Origin: Acidobacteriota bacterium
Lineage (GTDB): Bacteria > Acidobacteriota > UBA6911 > RPQK01 > JAJDTT01
DNA: 64,000 nt
Reading direction: 5' to 3'
Assembly (NCBI GenBank): GCA_965263035.1
Contig: OZ253580.1
Coordinates: forward strand, 1,376,001-1,440,000
A program made the translations under genes and the position numbers. Positions within the stretch are counted from its first letter, which is position 1, and each line of letters starts with the position of its first letter. Positions 19,881 to 29,859 of the stretch are shown here, piece after piece. The notes under the pieces are model-generated. The model did not search any database, was not told the origin of the DNA, and was given only the letters and a program-made list of their open reading frames with translations.

Positions 19881-20801
19881 ATGGGCCTGATGGATTGGAT
19901 CAAGGCAGCCGACTACGAAGCGGCCCTGCCCACCATTTCGAAGCTGCCCCGCACTCTGGCCTACGGCTTGGCCGATTTGCGGGGAAGATTGCTGACCTAC
20001 ACGCGCCGGGACTCCTTTGCCTGGGCCTCGCGCAACGTCGAGTCCGTTTTTCCCCACTTCGATGCGGGTGAGCGCCGGCGGATCGTCATCGGCCACTACC
20101 AGGTCGAATCCCGCGACACGATGGAGGCGTTTTGGTATTCCAAGCCGCTGAGCCATCTCCAATCCTTCGTTCGTTGCACCGGGCTGGACACCCTCCGGGA
20201 AGCCGCATCCTCCGGGAACGGCGTTCTCCTTTTTTCCAGCCACATGGGGAGTACCGGCCTCTTCCTCGTCTTCGCCGGCAAGAGCGGAGTCCCCATGAAC
20301 ATCGTCGCACGGTCCATCGAGCCCGAAGACAATCCCCTGCACCCCGCGCTGCTCCGCTACAGCAGGAAGCGGGTCCGTTGGATCGAAACGGCCATCGGGC
20401 ATCCCCTTCTCATAACCGGACGCGGGAACTACTCCCGGCTGGTGGAGAAGCTTCGAGCCGGCGGGGTCATCATGATGCTGATCGATGTCTTGCCCAACCT
20501 GGTCAACCCGAAATACACGACGGAGGTCACGTTCTTCGGCCGGCGGGCCTGGTTCCCCAACGGCATCGCCAGCCTCTTCTTCACCACCGGATCCCGCCTT
20601 TTTCACTGGAGGATCCACAGAAACCAGAAGACGGGATACCAGGAGATCGAGATCTCCGAATTGACCGATTCTTTTCGGCCGGCCGCCGACCGGGCGCAAT
20701 TCATGCAAAAGCTGGTGGGACTGCTGGAACAGGACATTCGCCGGTACCCCGATCACTGGCTGAGCTGGGACTCGTTGAGGCACTACTACCGGAAACCGTA
20801 A
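19881..20801 (+). CDS. Lipid A lauroyl/lysophospholipid acyltransferase-like protein
   Basis: GVLLFSSHMG, MLID, VTFFG, IRRYPDHWL.W (LpxL-like). Confidence 0.8.
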   Translation: MGLMDWIKAADYEAALPTISKLPRTLAYGLADLRGRLLTYTRRDSFAWASRNVESVFPHFDAGERRRIVIGHYQVESRDTMEAFWYSKPLSHLQSFVRCTGLDTLREAASSGNGVLLFSSHMGSTGLFLVFAGKSGVPMNIVARSIEPEDNPLHPALLRYSRKRVRWIETAIGHPLLITGRGNYSRLVEKLRAGGVIMMLIDVLPNLVNPKYTTEVTFFGRRAWFPNGIASLFFTTGSRLFHWRIHRNQKTGYQEIEISELTDSFRPAADRAQFMQKLVGLLEQDIRRYPDHWLSWDSLRHYYRKP

Positions 20802-20936
20802 CGCCAGGAGTCCAATGCGCCGTCCCCGGCTCCATTTCGGGTGTCCCCTTCGACCCGTCTCCCGCGCTTTCCGGAACGAATCGTCCGGCCGGTCCGTATT
20901 TGCTGAGAGACCGGTTCATTGACGGAAAGAGGCACG

Positions 20937-21368
20937 ATGACTCGATGGATGGCCCTGGACGTAGGCTCCAAGCGATGCGGGGTTGCCGTGACCGATCCGC
21001 TGAAGCTGACGGCGCGTCCACTGCTCACCTTCGAACGGGAGAGCCTGAAGGGGGACGTCGAGAGGCTCATCGGACTCATGCGGGAATACCGGGTGGAGAG
21101 ACTGATCGTGGGGCAACCCCGGCATCTCAGTGGCCGGCCCAGCCCCATCGAACAGGCCGTCATTCCCCTGGTGTCCCGATTGCGTGGACAGGCGATGGTT
21201 CGAGTAGAGTGGATGGACGAACGCCTGTCGACCAAGGAGGCCGAATCGGTCATGCGGGAGCTGGGAATCCCTGAGCACCTGCGGCGACAGAAGAAGGACG
21301 AGTTCGCGGCGGCAGTGATTCTGAAATGGTATCTGGAGGAGAGGGGATCTCCCGGATTCCCCGGGTGA
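20937..21368 (+). CDS. ruvX: Pre-16S rRNA nuclease / Holliday junction resolvase-like RuvX
   Basis: ALDVGSKRCGVAVTD, IVGQP, DERLST, DEFAAAVIL. Confidence 0.95.
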   Translation: MTRWMALDVGSKRCGVAVTDPLKLTARPLLTFERESLKGDVERLIGLMREYRVERLIVGQPRHLSGRPSPIEQAVIPLVSRLRGQAMVRVEWMDERLSTKEAESVMRELGIPEHLRRQKKDEFAAAVILKWYLEERGSPGFPG

Positions 21369-22363
21369 TTCGCGGACTGACGATCGCGATCCTGATTCTG
21401 GCGGGGAGCGCTCTGGCCGCGGTCAACTGGTGGGAGTCTCGCGTCAGTGAACCTCATCTGGGGCGTTCGACGAAAAACCGGCTTCTGACCGTTCCCTTCG
21501 GGTCGTCGGTGAGAAGCATCGGCCAACTGCTCCAGGGCTCGGACATCATTCGGTCCGACCTCATATTTGCAGCCTATGTCCGCATCAGCGGTCCCGATCC
21601 GCTCCAGGCTGGAGAATACCTTTTCGAGAATCCCATCAGCCTGACCCAAGTGGTGCAGATACTGAGGGAGGGCCGGGTTCACCACTACCGCATCACGATC
21701 CCTGAAGGATTGACCATGGATGAGGTCATCGGCCGTTTCGTCCAGGAGGGATTGGGACAACAGCACGAGTTGGAGCCTCTGACCGGGCGTACGGACCTGC
21801 TGGGCGGCCTGGACCCGGAGGCCACGGACCTGGAGGGCTATCTCTTCCCCGACACCTACTATTTCACTCGGTCGGACCAGGAGTTGACGTTGGTCTCCAC
21901 ACTGGTGACCCGTTTCAGGGAGGTCTGGAACTCCCCGCGGCAGAAGCGCACCGAAGACCTGGGTCTCACCGTTCGGGAGGTGGTGACACTCGCCTCGCTG
22001 ATCGAGAAGGAGACGGCTCTCCCTTCGGAGCGGCCTCTGATCTCCGCCGTTTTTCACAACCGGCTCCGGCGAAACATCAAGTTGGATTGCGACCCCACCG
22101 TCATTTACGCCATCCGCAAGACCGGTGAATACGACGGCGTGCTACACCAGAGCGATCTGGCCCTGGACTCTCCCTACAACACCTATCTCTACGCGGGCCT
22201 CCCTCCCGGCCCCATCGCCAACCCCGGGACCGCTTCCATCGATGCGGCACTGAGTCCGGCGCCGGTCAGGCACCTCTACTTCGTATCCAAGAACGACGGC
22301 AGCCACGTCTTCTCCACCAGCTACCGGGAACACCGGCGGGCCGTACGCCGGTACCAGCGCTGA
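21365..22363 (+). CDS. mltG: Endolytic transglycosylase MltG
   Basis: LQAGEY, TIPEG, LEGYLFPDTY, LASLIEKE, SPYNTY..GLPPGPIANPG; GTG start overlaps the ruvX stop. Confidence 0.96.
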   Translation: MIRGLTIAILILAGSALAAVNWWESRVSEPHLGRSTKNRLLTVPFGSSVRSIGQLLQGSDIIRSDLIFAAYVRISGPDPLQAGEYLFENPISLTQVVQILREGRVHHYRITIPEGLTMDEVIGRFVQEGLGQQHELEPLTGRTDLLGGLDPEATDLEGYLFPDTYYFTRSDQELTLVSTLVTRFREVWNSPRQKRTEDLGLTVREVVTLASLIEKETALPSERPLISAVFHNRLRRNIKLDCDPTVIYAIRKTGEYDGVLHQSDLALDSPYNTYLYAGLPPGPIANPGTASIDAALSPAPVRHLYFVSKNDGSHVFSTSYREHRRAVRRYQR

Positions 22364-22450
22364 TTCGCATCTCGGAAAACCGAATCACGGCCTCCAATTG
22401 GTTCAGCAGTGCGCCCCGGGCTGATAGACTGTGAGCCGGGAACAGCCGGT

Positions 22451-23017
22451 ATGGGACGTAAGCTGGTCTGGACGTCATTGACCCTCTTGGCTCTGGCCGC
22501 GGCGCAGATTGATGCGCAAAAGAGATTCGAACCTCCGATGCGCCTGGGCGTCCCGTTTCCGGCGGCGTGGAAGGCCATGCTGGAAGTCCTGCAAGGCCAG
22601 AAATGGAACCTGGTCAAGAAGGACAGGGGAAGGGGCGAGATCCTGACCGGCTACCGGGAATACATGTCGGGTCCCTTGACGGCAAAACATCTCGACAAGA
22701 TCGGAGTCCGGCCCCGGCTGCCCGACGGGGAGTGGGTTCGGGTCCGCTACCGTTACGATCTGTCGGTCAGTCTGATCCGTGAACGTCAGACGGTGGTTAC
22801 CGTCGACAGCGACATCCAGGCGCTCAAACGCGATTTTCTGGGACGGGAGGAGTGGGTCGAGATCGATTCCACCGGGCGGTTGGAAAAACAGTTGCTGACC
22901 GCATTCGGGCAAGCCCTCTACGGGGCCGACTTCTCCCTGGACAAGCGCCGCAAGGGTTTTCTGGGACTGCCCCCCATTGGGGAAGGCCCCACTCCTGCGA
23001 AGCCGCCGGGCAATTGA
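22451..23017 (+). CDS. Hypothetical exported protein
   Basis: Signal peptide, coding-like codon pattern, upstream TGATAGACT promoter-like site. Confidence 0.65.
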   Translation: MGRKLVWTSLTLLALAAAQIDAQKRFEPPMRLGVPFPAAWKAMLEVLQGQKWNLVKKDRGRGEILTGYREYMSGPLTAKHLDKIGVRPRLPDGEWVRVRYRYDLSVSLIRERQTVVTVDSDIQALKRDFLGREEWVEIDSTGRLEKQLLTAFGQALYGADFSLDKRRKGFLGLPPIGEGPTPAKPPGN

Positions 23018-23159
23018 GAGGAGAGAGACGGCAGACGCCGGGGCGGCCTTGTGAACGCCCGTTAGCGCCGGCAACCGGTCATCCGCCGGCAAACCCGTTC
23101 ATCGCGATACCGCGGCGAACGGACGGCTCGAAGACTTTCCCACGGACTTCTGAATTCCA

Positions 23160-23828
23160 ATGGATCATCCCGTCCTTCGAATCGTAGATTTTCCCGTCCA
23201 GGTCGGCCTCTGGGTCTTTCTCGTCTCTTTTCTGGTTTTCCTGCTGGTGGTCCGAGCTCGCATCCGCGCGCGGAAATTCAGTCTCAAGGATTACTTCAGG
23301 GAGGAGTTCGATCGATACTACCGAGAGAAACTCGAGGAGACCTCCAGCAGGACGCGCCGAAAAGAATCCTGGACCGCCACCCTGAACGAGTACCGCATCG
23401 TCTTCCAGATCATGCTGCTTTCCATCCTGTTGGCCGTCGGGTCCTTCGTGGGCGTGAGCTTCGTGCCCATGCCCTATCTCCAGAACTGGACGGGGGTCGA
23501 GTCCGTCGAAACGGAGCCCCTGAGAATGGTCGCTCTCTCCTATGATCGATTCTATACGGGATTCTCCCTCAAGGGGGAGATCTGGAATCAGGGGCAGATT
23601 CCTCTGCAGGGACTCTCGGCGCGCGTCAGGATCTGGGGACGGGATGACATGCCGCTGGAAGAAATCCTGGCCCAGATCGAGCCGGCCGTGCTGAATCCCG
23701 AGTCTTCGGGCAGTTTCGGCATGAAATACTCGCAGAAGTCCCCTTCCCTGCTCTACGGCTACGAGGTGGCATTCGTCGATTCCGAAGGTGTCGAGACGCC
23801 GCACATCCGGGGATTCGATGCCCCCTGA
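23160..23828 (+). CDS. Hypothetical membrane protein with C-terminal Ig-like (FxLYD-like) domain
   Basis: Two TM segments followed by GEIWN...L.P..S.SF; overlaps the ABC gene start. Confidence 0.7.
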   Translation: MDHPVLRIVDFPVQVGLWVFLVSFLVFLLVVRARIRARKFSLKDYFREEFDRYYREKLEETSSRTRRKESWTATLNEYRIVFQIMLLSILLAVGSFVGVSFVPMPYLQNWTGVESVETEPLRMVALSYDRFYTGFSLKGEIWNQGQIPLQGLSARVRIWGRDDMPLEEILAQIEPAVLNPESSGSFGMKYSQKSPSLLYGYEVAFVDSEGVETPHIRGFDAP

Positions 23829-25581
23829 GCCAGCCGGAGCCGATCGAGAGTGGGCTTTGGCCACCTTGATCCCCTACCTGAGGCAGTACCGCGCCCGTAT
23901 CGCCGTCGGCGTGGCGATGGTCCTCATGACCAACGTGGCCGTGGTCATCACGCCCAAGGTCCTGGGATCGGCCGTCGACGATCTCTTCAGCGGAGGTGAC
24001 ACCCGACTCGTGCTCGGCTACGCCGCCCTGGTGTTGGCCCTGAGCTGCGCCGAAGGCCTCTTCCGCTACCTGATGCGGTGGATCCTCATCGGCGTCTCGC
24101 GCCGGATCGAATTCGACCTGCGCAACGACCTCTTCCGGCACCTGCAGCGACTGACGCCCTCCTTCTACCAGCGGCATTCCACGGGAGACGTGATGGCGCG
24201 ATCCACCAACGACCTGAGCGCCGTTCGAATGGTGCTGGGACCGGGCATCATGTACTCGGTCAACACCCTGTTCATGGTCATCCTTACCGTCCCCATACTG
24301 ATTCGGACCGATGCCGGCTTGGCTCTTCTCACCTTGGCTCCCCTCCTGCTCGTCTCCTACTGCGTCAAGTTCTTCGGCAGGAAGATCCACCAGAGATTCG
24401 AGAAGATCCAGGAACAGTTCTCGATGCTCACGACGCTGGTTCAAGAGAACGTCTCGGGGATTCGAGTCGTCAAGGCCTACAATCAGGAGTCCGCCTTCGT
24501 GAGCCGGTTTCGAGACGCCAACCGGGAATACATGCAGCGAAGCATGGCCCTGGTCAAAGTCTGGGGGATCTTTTATCCCCTGCTGGCTTTTCTCCTGGGC
24601 CTCTCGGCCGTCATTCTCCTCTGGTACGGCGGACGGCAGGTCGTGGACGGGGCTCTGTCTCTCGGCGATCTGGTCTCGTTCATTTTCTATCTGGCCCGAC
24701 TGACCTGGCCCACCATCGCCCTGGGATGGGTCATCAACACCTTCGAGCGCGGATCGGCTTCGATGGGAAGAATCAACCGGATCCTGGCGACCCAGCCGGA
24801 CGTGCTGGACGAGGGCCGCCTTCCTGTCGAGGCCATCAAGGGACGCGTGCAGGTCAAGAACCTCACCTTTTCCTACGATGAAACTCCGGTCTTGAAAAAC
24901 CTGGAATTCGAGCTGCCCGCCGGAACCACCCTTGCCATAGTGGGCAGCACCGGCTGTGGAAAATCCACCCTGGTGCAACTGCTCTGCCGCCTCTACCCCG
25001 TGCCTCGGGACCGGATCCTCATCGATGGAACGGACGTCAACGACATTCCCCTGATCCAGCTGCGAAGAAGCATCGGCTGTGTTCCCCAGGACACCTTCCT
25101 CTTTTCCGAATCGATCCGGGACAACCTGACCTTCGGAGTCCCGGAGGCCCCCGACCACCCCATCCGGGAGGCTGCGCACACCAGCAACATCCTGGCTGAG
25201 ATCCAGAGCTTCCCCGACCAGATGTCCACCTTCGTCGGAGAGCGAGGGTTGACTCTTTCAGGTGGCCAGAAACAGCGGATGACCATAGCGAGAGCGCTCC
25301 TGACCGACCCCAAGATCCTGATCTTGGACGACTCCCTGTCCAGCGTGGATACATACACGGAGGAGGAGATATTGAAGCGGCTCGCTCCCATCATCGCGGG
25401 CAGAACCACCATCCTCATCTCCCATCGCATCTCGACGGTCAAGGCGGCAGACCAGATCCTGGTGATGGATCGAGGCCGAATCGTTCAGCGGGGCCGCCAC
25501 CGGGAGTTGCTCCAGGTCGCGGGTCCCTACGCCGAAATGCACCGGAAGCAGTTGCTGGAACAGGAGTTGGGAATCGCATGA
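23818..25581 (+). CDS. ABC exporter, fused TMD-NBD (MdlA-like subunit)
   Basis: Walker A GSTGCGKST, LSGGQKQR, degenerate Walker B ILDDSLSSVD. Confidence 0.95.
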   Translation: MPPEPAGADREWALATLIPYLRQYRARIAVGVAMVLMTNVAVVITPKVLGSAVDDLFSGGDTRLVLGYAALVLALSCAEGLFRYLMRWILIGVSRRIEFDLRNDLFRHLQRLTPSFYQRHSTGDVMARSTNDLSAVRMVLGPGIMYSVNTLFMVILTVPILIRTDAGLALLTLAPLLLVSYCVKFFGRKIHQRFEKIQEQFSMLTTLVQENVSGIRVVKAYNQESAFVSRFRDANREYMQRSMALVKVWGIFYPLLAFLLGLSAVILLWYGGRQVVDGALSLGDLVSFIFYLARLTWPTIALGWVINTFERGSASMGRINRILATQPDVLDEGRLPVEAIKGRVQVKNLTFSYDETPVLKNLEFELPAGTTLAIVGSTGCGKSTLVQLLCRLYPVPRDRILIDGTDVNDIPLIQLRRSIGCVPQDTFLFSESIRDNLTFGVPEAPDHPIREAAHTSNILAEIQSFPDQMSTFVGERGLTLSGGQKQRMTIARALLTDPKILILDDSLSSVDTYTEEEILKRLAPIIAGRTTILISHRISTVKAADQILVMDRGRIVQRGRHRELLQVAGPYAEMHRKQLLEQELGIA

Positions 25582-27371
25582 TCGAGTACGACCAGGAAGA
25601 GATCCTGGGTCGAGTCTACGACCGGCGATTGGCCCGGAGGATGCTGGGATACCTGGCTCCCTACCGCTGGGTCGTGGGCGCATCGGTAGCGTTGCTTCTG
25701 GTGGTGTCGGCCCTGCAACTGGCGGGTCCGCTCCTGACGCTGATCGCCATCGACCAACACATCAGAATCGGCGACCGGAACGGTCTCACGCTTCTGGCAC
25801 TGCTTTACCTCGGGCTCCTGATTCTGCAATTCGGCTGCTCGTTCGCACAGACGTGGCTGATGAACTGGACCGGACAGCGGGTCATGAACGATCTGAGGGT
25901 CCAGATCTTCAGTCACGTCCAGACCCTGCACGTCGGCTACTTCGACAGGAATCCCGTGGGCCGGCTGATCACCCGCATGACCAACGACGTGGACGTCCTC
26001 AACGAGCTCTTCACGGCCGGCGTCGTGAGCATCTTCGGGGACATCTTCCTGTTGGGCGGCATCGTAACGGTCATGCTCTGGACGGATTGGCAACTGGCCC
26101 TGATCAGCTTGTCGGTCCTGCCCCTCATTTTCCTGGCCACCATGATCTTCAAGATCAAGGTTCGCGGCTCCTATCGATGGGTCCGGGCCTGCGTGGTCAA
26201 GATCAACGCCTTCCTTCAGGAGAACATCACCGGCATGCCGGTGGTCCAGATCTTCGTTCAGGAGGACCGCAAGTTCGACCAGTTCCGGGAACGGAACCGG
26301 GAACACCTACAGGCCAATATTCAATCCATCTTCTACTACGCGGTATTCTATCCCGTGATCAACTTGGTGGGGGCCCTGGCCATCGCCCTGATTCTCTGGT
26401 ACGGAGGGGGCCGCGTGCTGGACGGCGTCCTGACCCTGGGCACGCTGGTGGCCTTCCTTCAGTATTCGGAACGCTTCTTCAAGCCCATCAGCGACCTGAG
26501 CGAAAAGTTCAACATCCTGCAGAGCGCCATGGCCAGTTCGGAGCGGATCTTCAAGCTCCTGGACACACGTGCCGAGGTTCGGCCTCCGTCGGAACCCACA
26601 CCGTTGCCGTCAGGCGGCGGCGCCATCGAGTTTCGCAACGTGTCGTTCGCCTACAAGGAGGACACGCCGGTCCTGCGGAACCTGAGCTTGAGGATCGCCC
26701 CCGGCGAACGAGTGGCCATCGTGGGACCGACCGGTTCGGGAAAAACCACGCTGATCAACCTGATCTGCAGATTTTACGACGTCCAGGAAGGAGACATTCT
26801 CATCGACGGAATCCCCATCGCCGACCTGGACCCCGGGGAATTGAGGCGAAGGATGGCGGTGGTGCTCCAGGACGTCTTTCTCTTCAGCGGCACCATCGAA
26901 GAGAACGTCCGGCTGTGGAGGGCTTCCATCGACCGGCCACGGGTCACGGATGCGGTGCGCCACGTCAACGCCCTGGGCTTCATTCAGGAGAAGCCCAAGG
27001 GACTCGACTCGCCGGTTACGGAAAGGGGCACATCGTTGTCCGTGGGTCAAAGACAGCTACTGGCCTTCGCCCGGGCCCTGGCCCACGATCCCAGAATCCT
27101 GATCCTGGACGAGGCCACTTCGTCGGTCGACACGGAGACCGAGATTCTCATCCAGGACGCCTTGAGCACGCTCATGGAAGGGAGAACCTCCATCGTCATC
27201 GCCCACCGCCTTTCCACCATCCAGAACTGCGACCGTATCGTGGTCCTCCGCCAGGGAAGAATCGAGGAAGAAGGCACCCATCAGGAGTTGCTCAAACTGA
27301 GGGGCCTCTACTACAAGCTTTACCAACTCCAGTATCAGGATGAGGAACGAACCGTGGGGAGTGAGAAGTGA
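25578..27371 (+). CDS. ABC exporter, fused TMD-NBD (MdlB-like subunit)
   Basis: GPTGSGKTT, LSVGQRQ, ILDEATSSVD; ATGA overlap with its partner, indicating a heterodimer. Confidence 0.95.
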   Translation: MIEYDQEEILGRVYDRRLARRMLGYLAPYRWVVGASVALLLVVSALQLAGPLLTLIAIDQHIRIGDRNGLTLLALLYLGLLILQFGCSFAQTWLMNWTGQRVMNDLRVQIFSHVQTLHVGYFDRNPVGRLITRMTNDVDVLNELFTAGVVSIFGDIFLLGGIVTVMLWTDWQLALISLSVLPLIFLATMIFKIKVRGSYRWVRACVVKINAFLQENITGMPVVQIFVQEDRKFDQFRERNREHLQANIQSIFYYAVFYPVINLVGALAIALILWYGGGRVLDGVLTLGTLVAFLQYSERFFKPISDLSEKFNILQSAMASSERIFKLLDTRAEVRPPSEPTPLPSGGGAIEFRNVSFAYKEDTPVLRNLSLRIAPGERVAIVGPTGSGKTTLINLICRFYDVQEGDILIDGIPIADLDPGELRRRMAVVLQDVFLFSGTIEENVRLWRASIDRPRVTDAVRHVNALGFIQEKPKGLDSPVTERGTSLSVGQRQLLAFARALAHDPRILILDEATSSVDTETEILIQDALSTLMEGRTSIVIAHRLSTIQNCDRIVVLRQGRIEEEGTHQELLKLRGLYYKLYQLQYQDEERTVGSEK

Positions 27372-27392
27372 GATCAGGCCGGAGGGCTAGCT

Positions 27393-29857
27393 CTGCCCTA
27401 TACCCACAAATAGTGCTGGACAAACAAGAATGCCTGTCGTAGTCTCCACGACATGGCAGTTCAGAACCAGATCAAGCGCACCTTGAGCCGAGAGTTGGAT
27501 CGTTTGCACGCCGTGATGAGGCGGGAGAAGTTCGCCCACCGGACGGCGCTGGCGGACCGGGTCTGCTCGGAGTTTGGATTTCACGATGCCCGAGGGCGGG
27601 CGCAACGGAGCGGCTGCCTGAAGGCGCTCCGGGAGCTGGAGGCGGGCGGACGGATTCGTCTGCCGACGCCGCGACGGCGGGTGAAACATTGCGGGCCCCG
27701 AGGACTGGGCCGTGCGGTGCCGGAGCCGGTCGGGGTGCCCGAGACGGTGGACGGCGTGCGGGAGCTGGAGTTGATCGCGGTGGAGACGGGTCCGCAACGA
27801 GCGCTCTGGAACGAGTTGATGGCGCGAGAGCATCCACGGGGCGCGGGGCCGTTGGTGGGTGCTCAACTACGCTATCTGGTGGGCTCGGCGCACGGCTGGC
27901 TGGGGGGCTTGGGGTTCGGGGCGGCGGCGTTGCGGTTGCGGGACCGGGACCGCTGGATCGGATGGGATGAGGAACAACGCCGGGCGCACCTGCACCGGGT
28001 GGTGGGGCTGAGCCGGTTTCTGATCCGTCCGTCAGTGAGGTGTCGTAATCTGGCCTCCCGGGTGCTGGGGGAGGTGTTGCGGCGGCTGGGTCCGGAGTTC
28101 CAGGCGCGCTACGGCTACCGTCCCTGGCTGGTGGAGACCTTCGTGGAGACGGCTCGCCACGATGGGGCCAGTTTGCGCGCCACGAACTGGAGGGTTCTGG
28201 GGCAGACGCAGGGTCGAGGCCGGCAAGATCGGGCGCACCGGGGTGCGGAGACGAGCAAGGCGATCTATGGGTATGAGTTGTGCCGGGATTGGCGTCGGCG
28301 GTTGGGGGTGGGACCGGCGCCGAGGCGGGGAGTGGAACCGATGTCGGAGGGCGAGGGACTGGAGGGAGCGGGCTGGGCTCAGCAGGAGTTGGGCGGGGCG
28401 CCGCTGGGAGACCGGCGCTTGAGTCGGCGACTGGTGGAGAGTGCGCACCGTCAGGCGCAGGAGCCGGGGCGGGCGTTCACGGGAGTGGCGCGGGGCGATC
28501 CGGCGGCGGTCAAGGGATACTACCGGCTGATCGACCAGCCGGAAGCCTCGGCGGTGACGGTGTCCAACATCCTGGCCCCGCACCGGGAGCGGACCCGGCA
28601 GCGGATGCAGGGGCAGCGGACGGTGCTGTGCATCCAGGACGGGAGCGATCTGAACTTCACGCGGCACGGCCGGTGTGAGGGACTGGGGGTGATCGGGCGC
28701 AACCAGACGGGAGCGACGGCGCGGGGACTGCATCTGCACGCGACGCTGGTGGTGAGTGAGACGGGGCTGCCGCTGGGGGTGTTGCGGGCGAAGCTGGACG
28801 CGCCGAAGCCGGGACCGGTGGCCACGCGGAAAAAGAAGAAGACGTATCGCTGGATCGAGGGACTTCGGGACTGCGCCGAGGTGTCGCGGTCCCTCGACGG
28901 GGTGCGGGTGGTCAGCGTGGTGGACCGGGAGGCGGATTTTTTCGCACTGTTCGCCGAGCAACGAGCGTCTCCGGAGGTGGAGTTGCTGGTGCGTGCGAAG
29001 CAGGATCGGGTGCTGAAGCGGAAGACCCGGGCGAAGGCGGCCGGGAAAAGCGGGGATCCGGACCAGGAGCAGAAGCGGAAGCTGTTCGGGCGCCTGCGAT
29101 CGGCGCCGGTGCGGGCCCGGATGCTGCTGGAGGTGAAGCGTCAGAGTGCGCGGATCAAGGCCAGCAAGCAGGCGGCCCGCCCGCGGCGGCTGGCGCGGGT
29201 GGCACGGATGGAACTGCGCTACGAGACCCTGACGATTCCGGCGCCGCGCGGGAACCCAACCGGCATCCCGTCGCTGAGACTGTCGGTGGTGCACGCGCGG
29301 GAGGTCGCGCCGCCGGCGCAGGGGAAGCGCCTGGAATGGTTCCTGCTCACCACCCTGCCGGTGACCGATGTCGAGACGGCGCAGCAACTGCTGAGATGGT
29401 ATGCCCTGCGCTGGCGGGTGGAGGATTATTTCCGGGTGCTCAAGACCGGATGCCGGGTGCAACAGCTCCAGCACCAAACCGCCGAACGTCTGAAACGGGC
29501 CATCGCCATGCACGCCGTCATCGCCTGGCGGATCATGCTGATGACGCTGTTGGGGCGAGAGGACCCGGATCTGCCGGCGCAGTTGCTGTTTTCCGATCTG
29601 GAAATCCGGGTCCTGGGGGCGTTTGCCGCGTCGCGACGATACCCACCGCCGGAAGACCTGGGGGCGGCCGTGCTCGTGCTGGCCCGCCTGGGAGGATATC
29701 TGGCTCGTAAACACGACCCCCCACCCGGGCATCAACTGCTGTGGCAGGGCTACGTCACGCTTTACGGCATGTGTCTGGGCTTCGCTTTACGAGAAGAAAC
29801 ATGAACGAAACCAGACCCAGGCTAATGTGCCCTGTGCAATATGTGGGTAAAGGGCAG
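27393..29857 (+). mobile_element. IS4-family (IS50/Tn5-like) insertion sequence, copy 1
   Basis: TIRs CTGCCCTATACCCACAAAT / ATATGTGGGTAAAGGGCAG; 8-bp TSD GGCTAGCT at 27385-27392 and 29858-29865. Confidence 0.95.
27453..29804 (+). CDS. Transposase: DUF4338 (DruA-like) N-terminal domain plus Tn5-like DDE transposase
   Basis: Tn5-like motifs GDRRL, IQDGSDL, DREADF, Y..RW.VE.YF..LK, LARLGG. N-terminal RD.WIGW, SRFLI, NLASRVL, LVETFV, GRGRQD. Confidence 0.92.
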   Translation: MAVQNQIKRTLSRELDRLHAVMRREKFAHRTALADRVCSEFGFHDARGRAQRSGCLKALRELEAGGRIRLPTPRRRVKHCGPRGLGRAVPEPVGVPETVDGVRELELIAVETGPQRALWNELMAREHPRGAGPLVGAQLRYLVGSAHGWLGGLGFGAAALRLRDRDRWIGWDEEQRRAHLHRVVGLSRFLIRPSVRCRNLASRVLGEVLRRLGPEFQARYGYRPWLVETFVETARHDGASLRATNWRVLGQTQGRGRQDRAHRGAETSKAIYGYELCRDWRRRLGVGPAPRRGVEPMSEGEGLEGAGWAQQELGGAPLGDRRLSRRLVESAHRQAQEPGRAFTGVARGDPAAVKGYYRLIDQPEASAVTVSNILAPHRERTRQRMQGQRTVLCIQDGSDLNFTRHGRCEGLGVIGRNQTGATARGLHLHATLVVSETGLPLGVLRAKLDAPKPGPVATRKKKKTYRWIEGLRDCAEVSRSLDGVRVVSVVDREADFFALFAEQRASPEVELLVRAKQDRVLKRKTRAKAAGKSGDPDQEQKRKLFGRLRSAPVRARMLLEVKRQSARIKASKQAARPRRLARVARMELRYETLTIPAPRGNPTGIPSLRLSVVHAREVAPPAQGKRLEWFLLTTLPVTDVETAQQLLRWYALRWRVEDYFRVLKTGCRVQQLQHQTAERLKRAIAMHAVIAWRIMLMTLLGREDPDLPAQLLFSDLEIRVLGAFAASRRYPPPEDLGAAVLVLARLGGYLARKHDPPPGHQLLWQGYVTLYGMCLGFALREET

Positions 29858-29859
29858 GG

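Noticed and set aside
28032-29735. 567-aa antisense ORF in both IS copies
   Set aside because: Pro/His/Arg-rich shadow of a GC-rich gene. Its presence in both copies reflects near-identical DNA, not selection.
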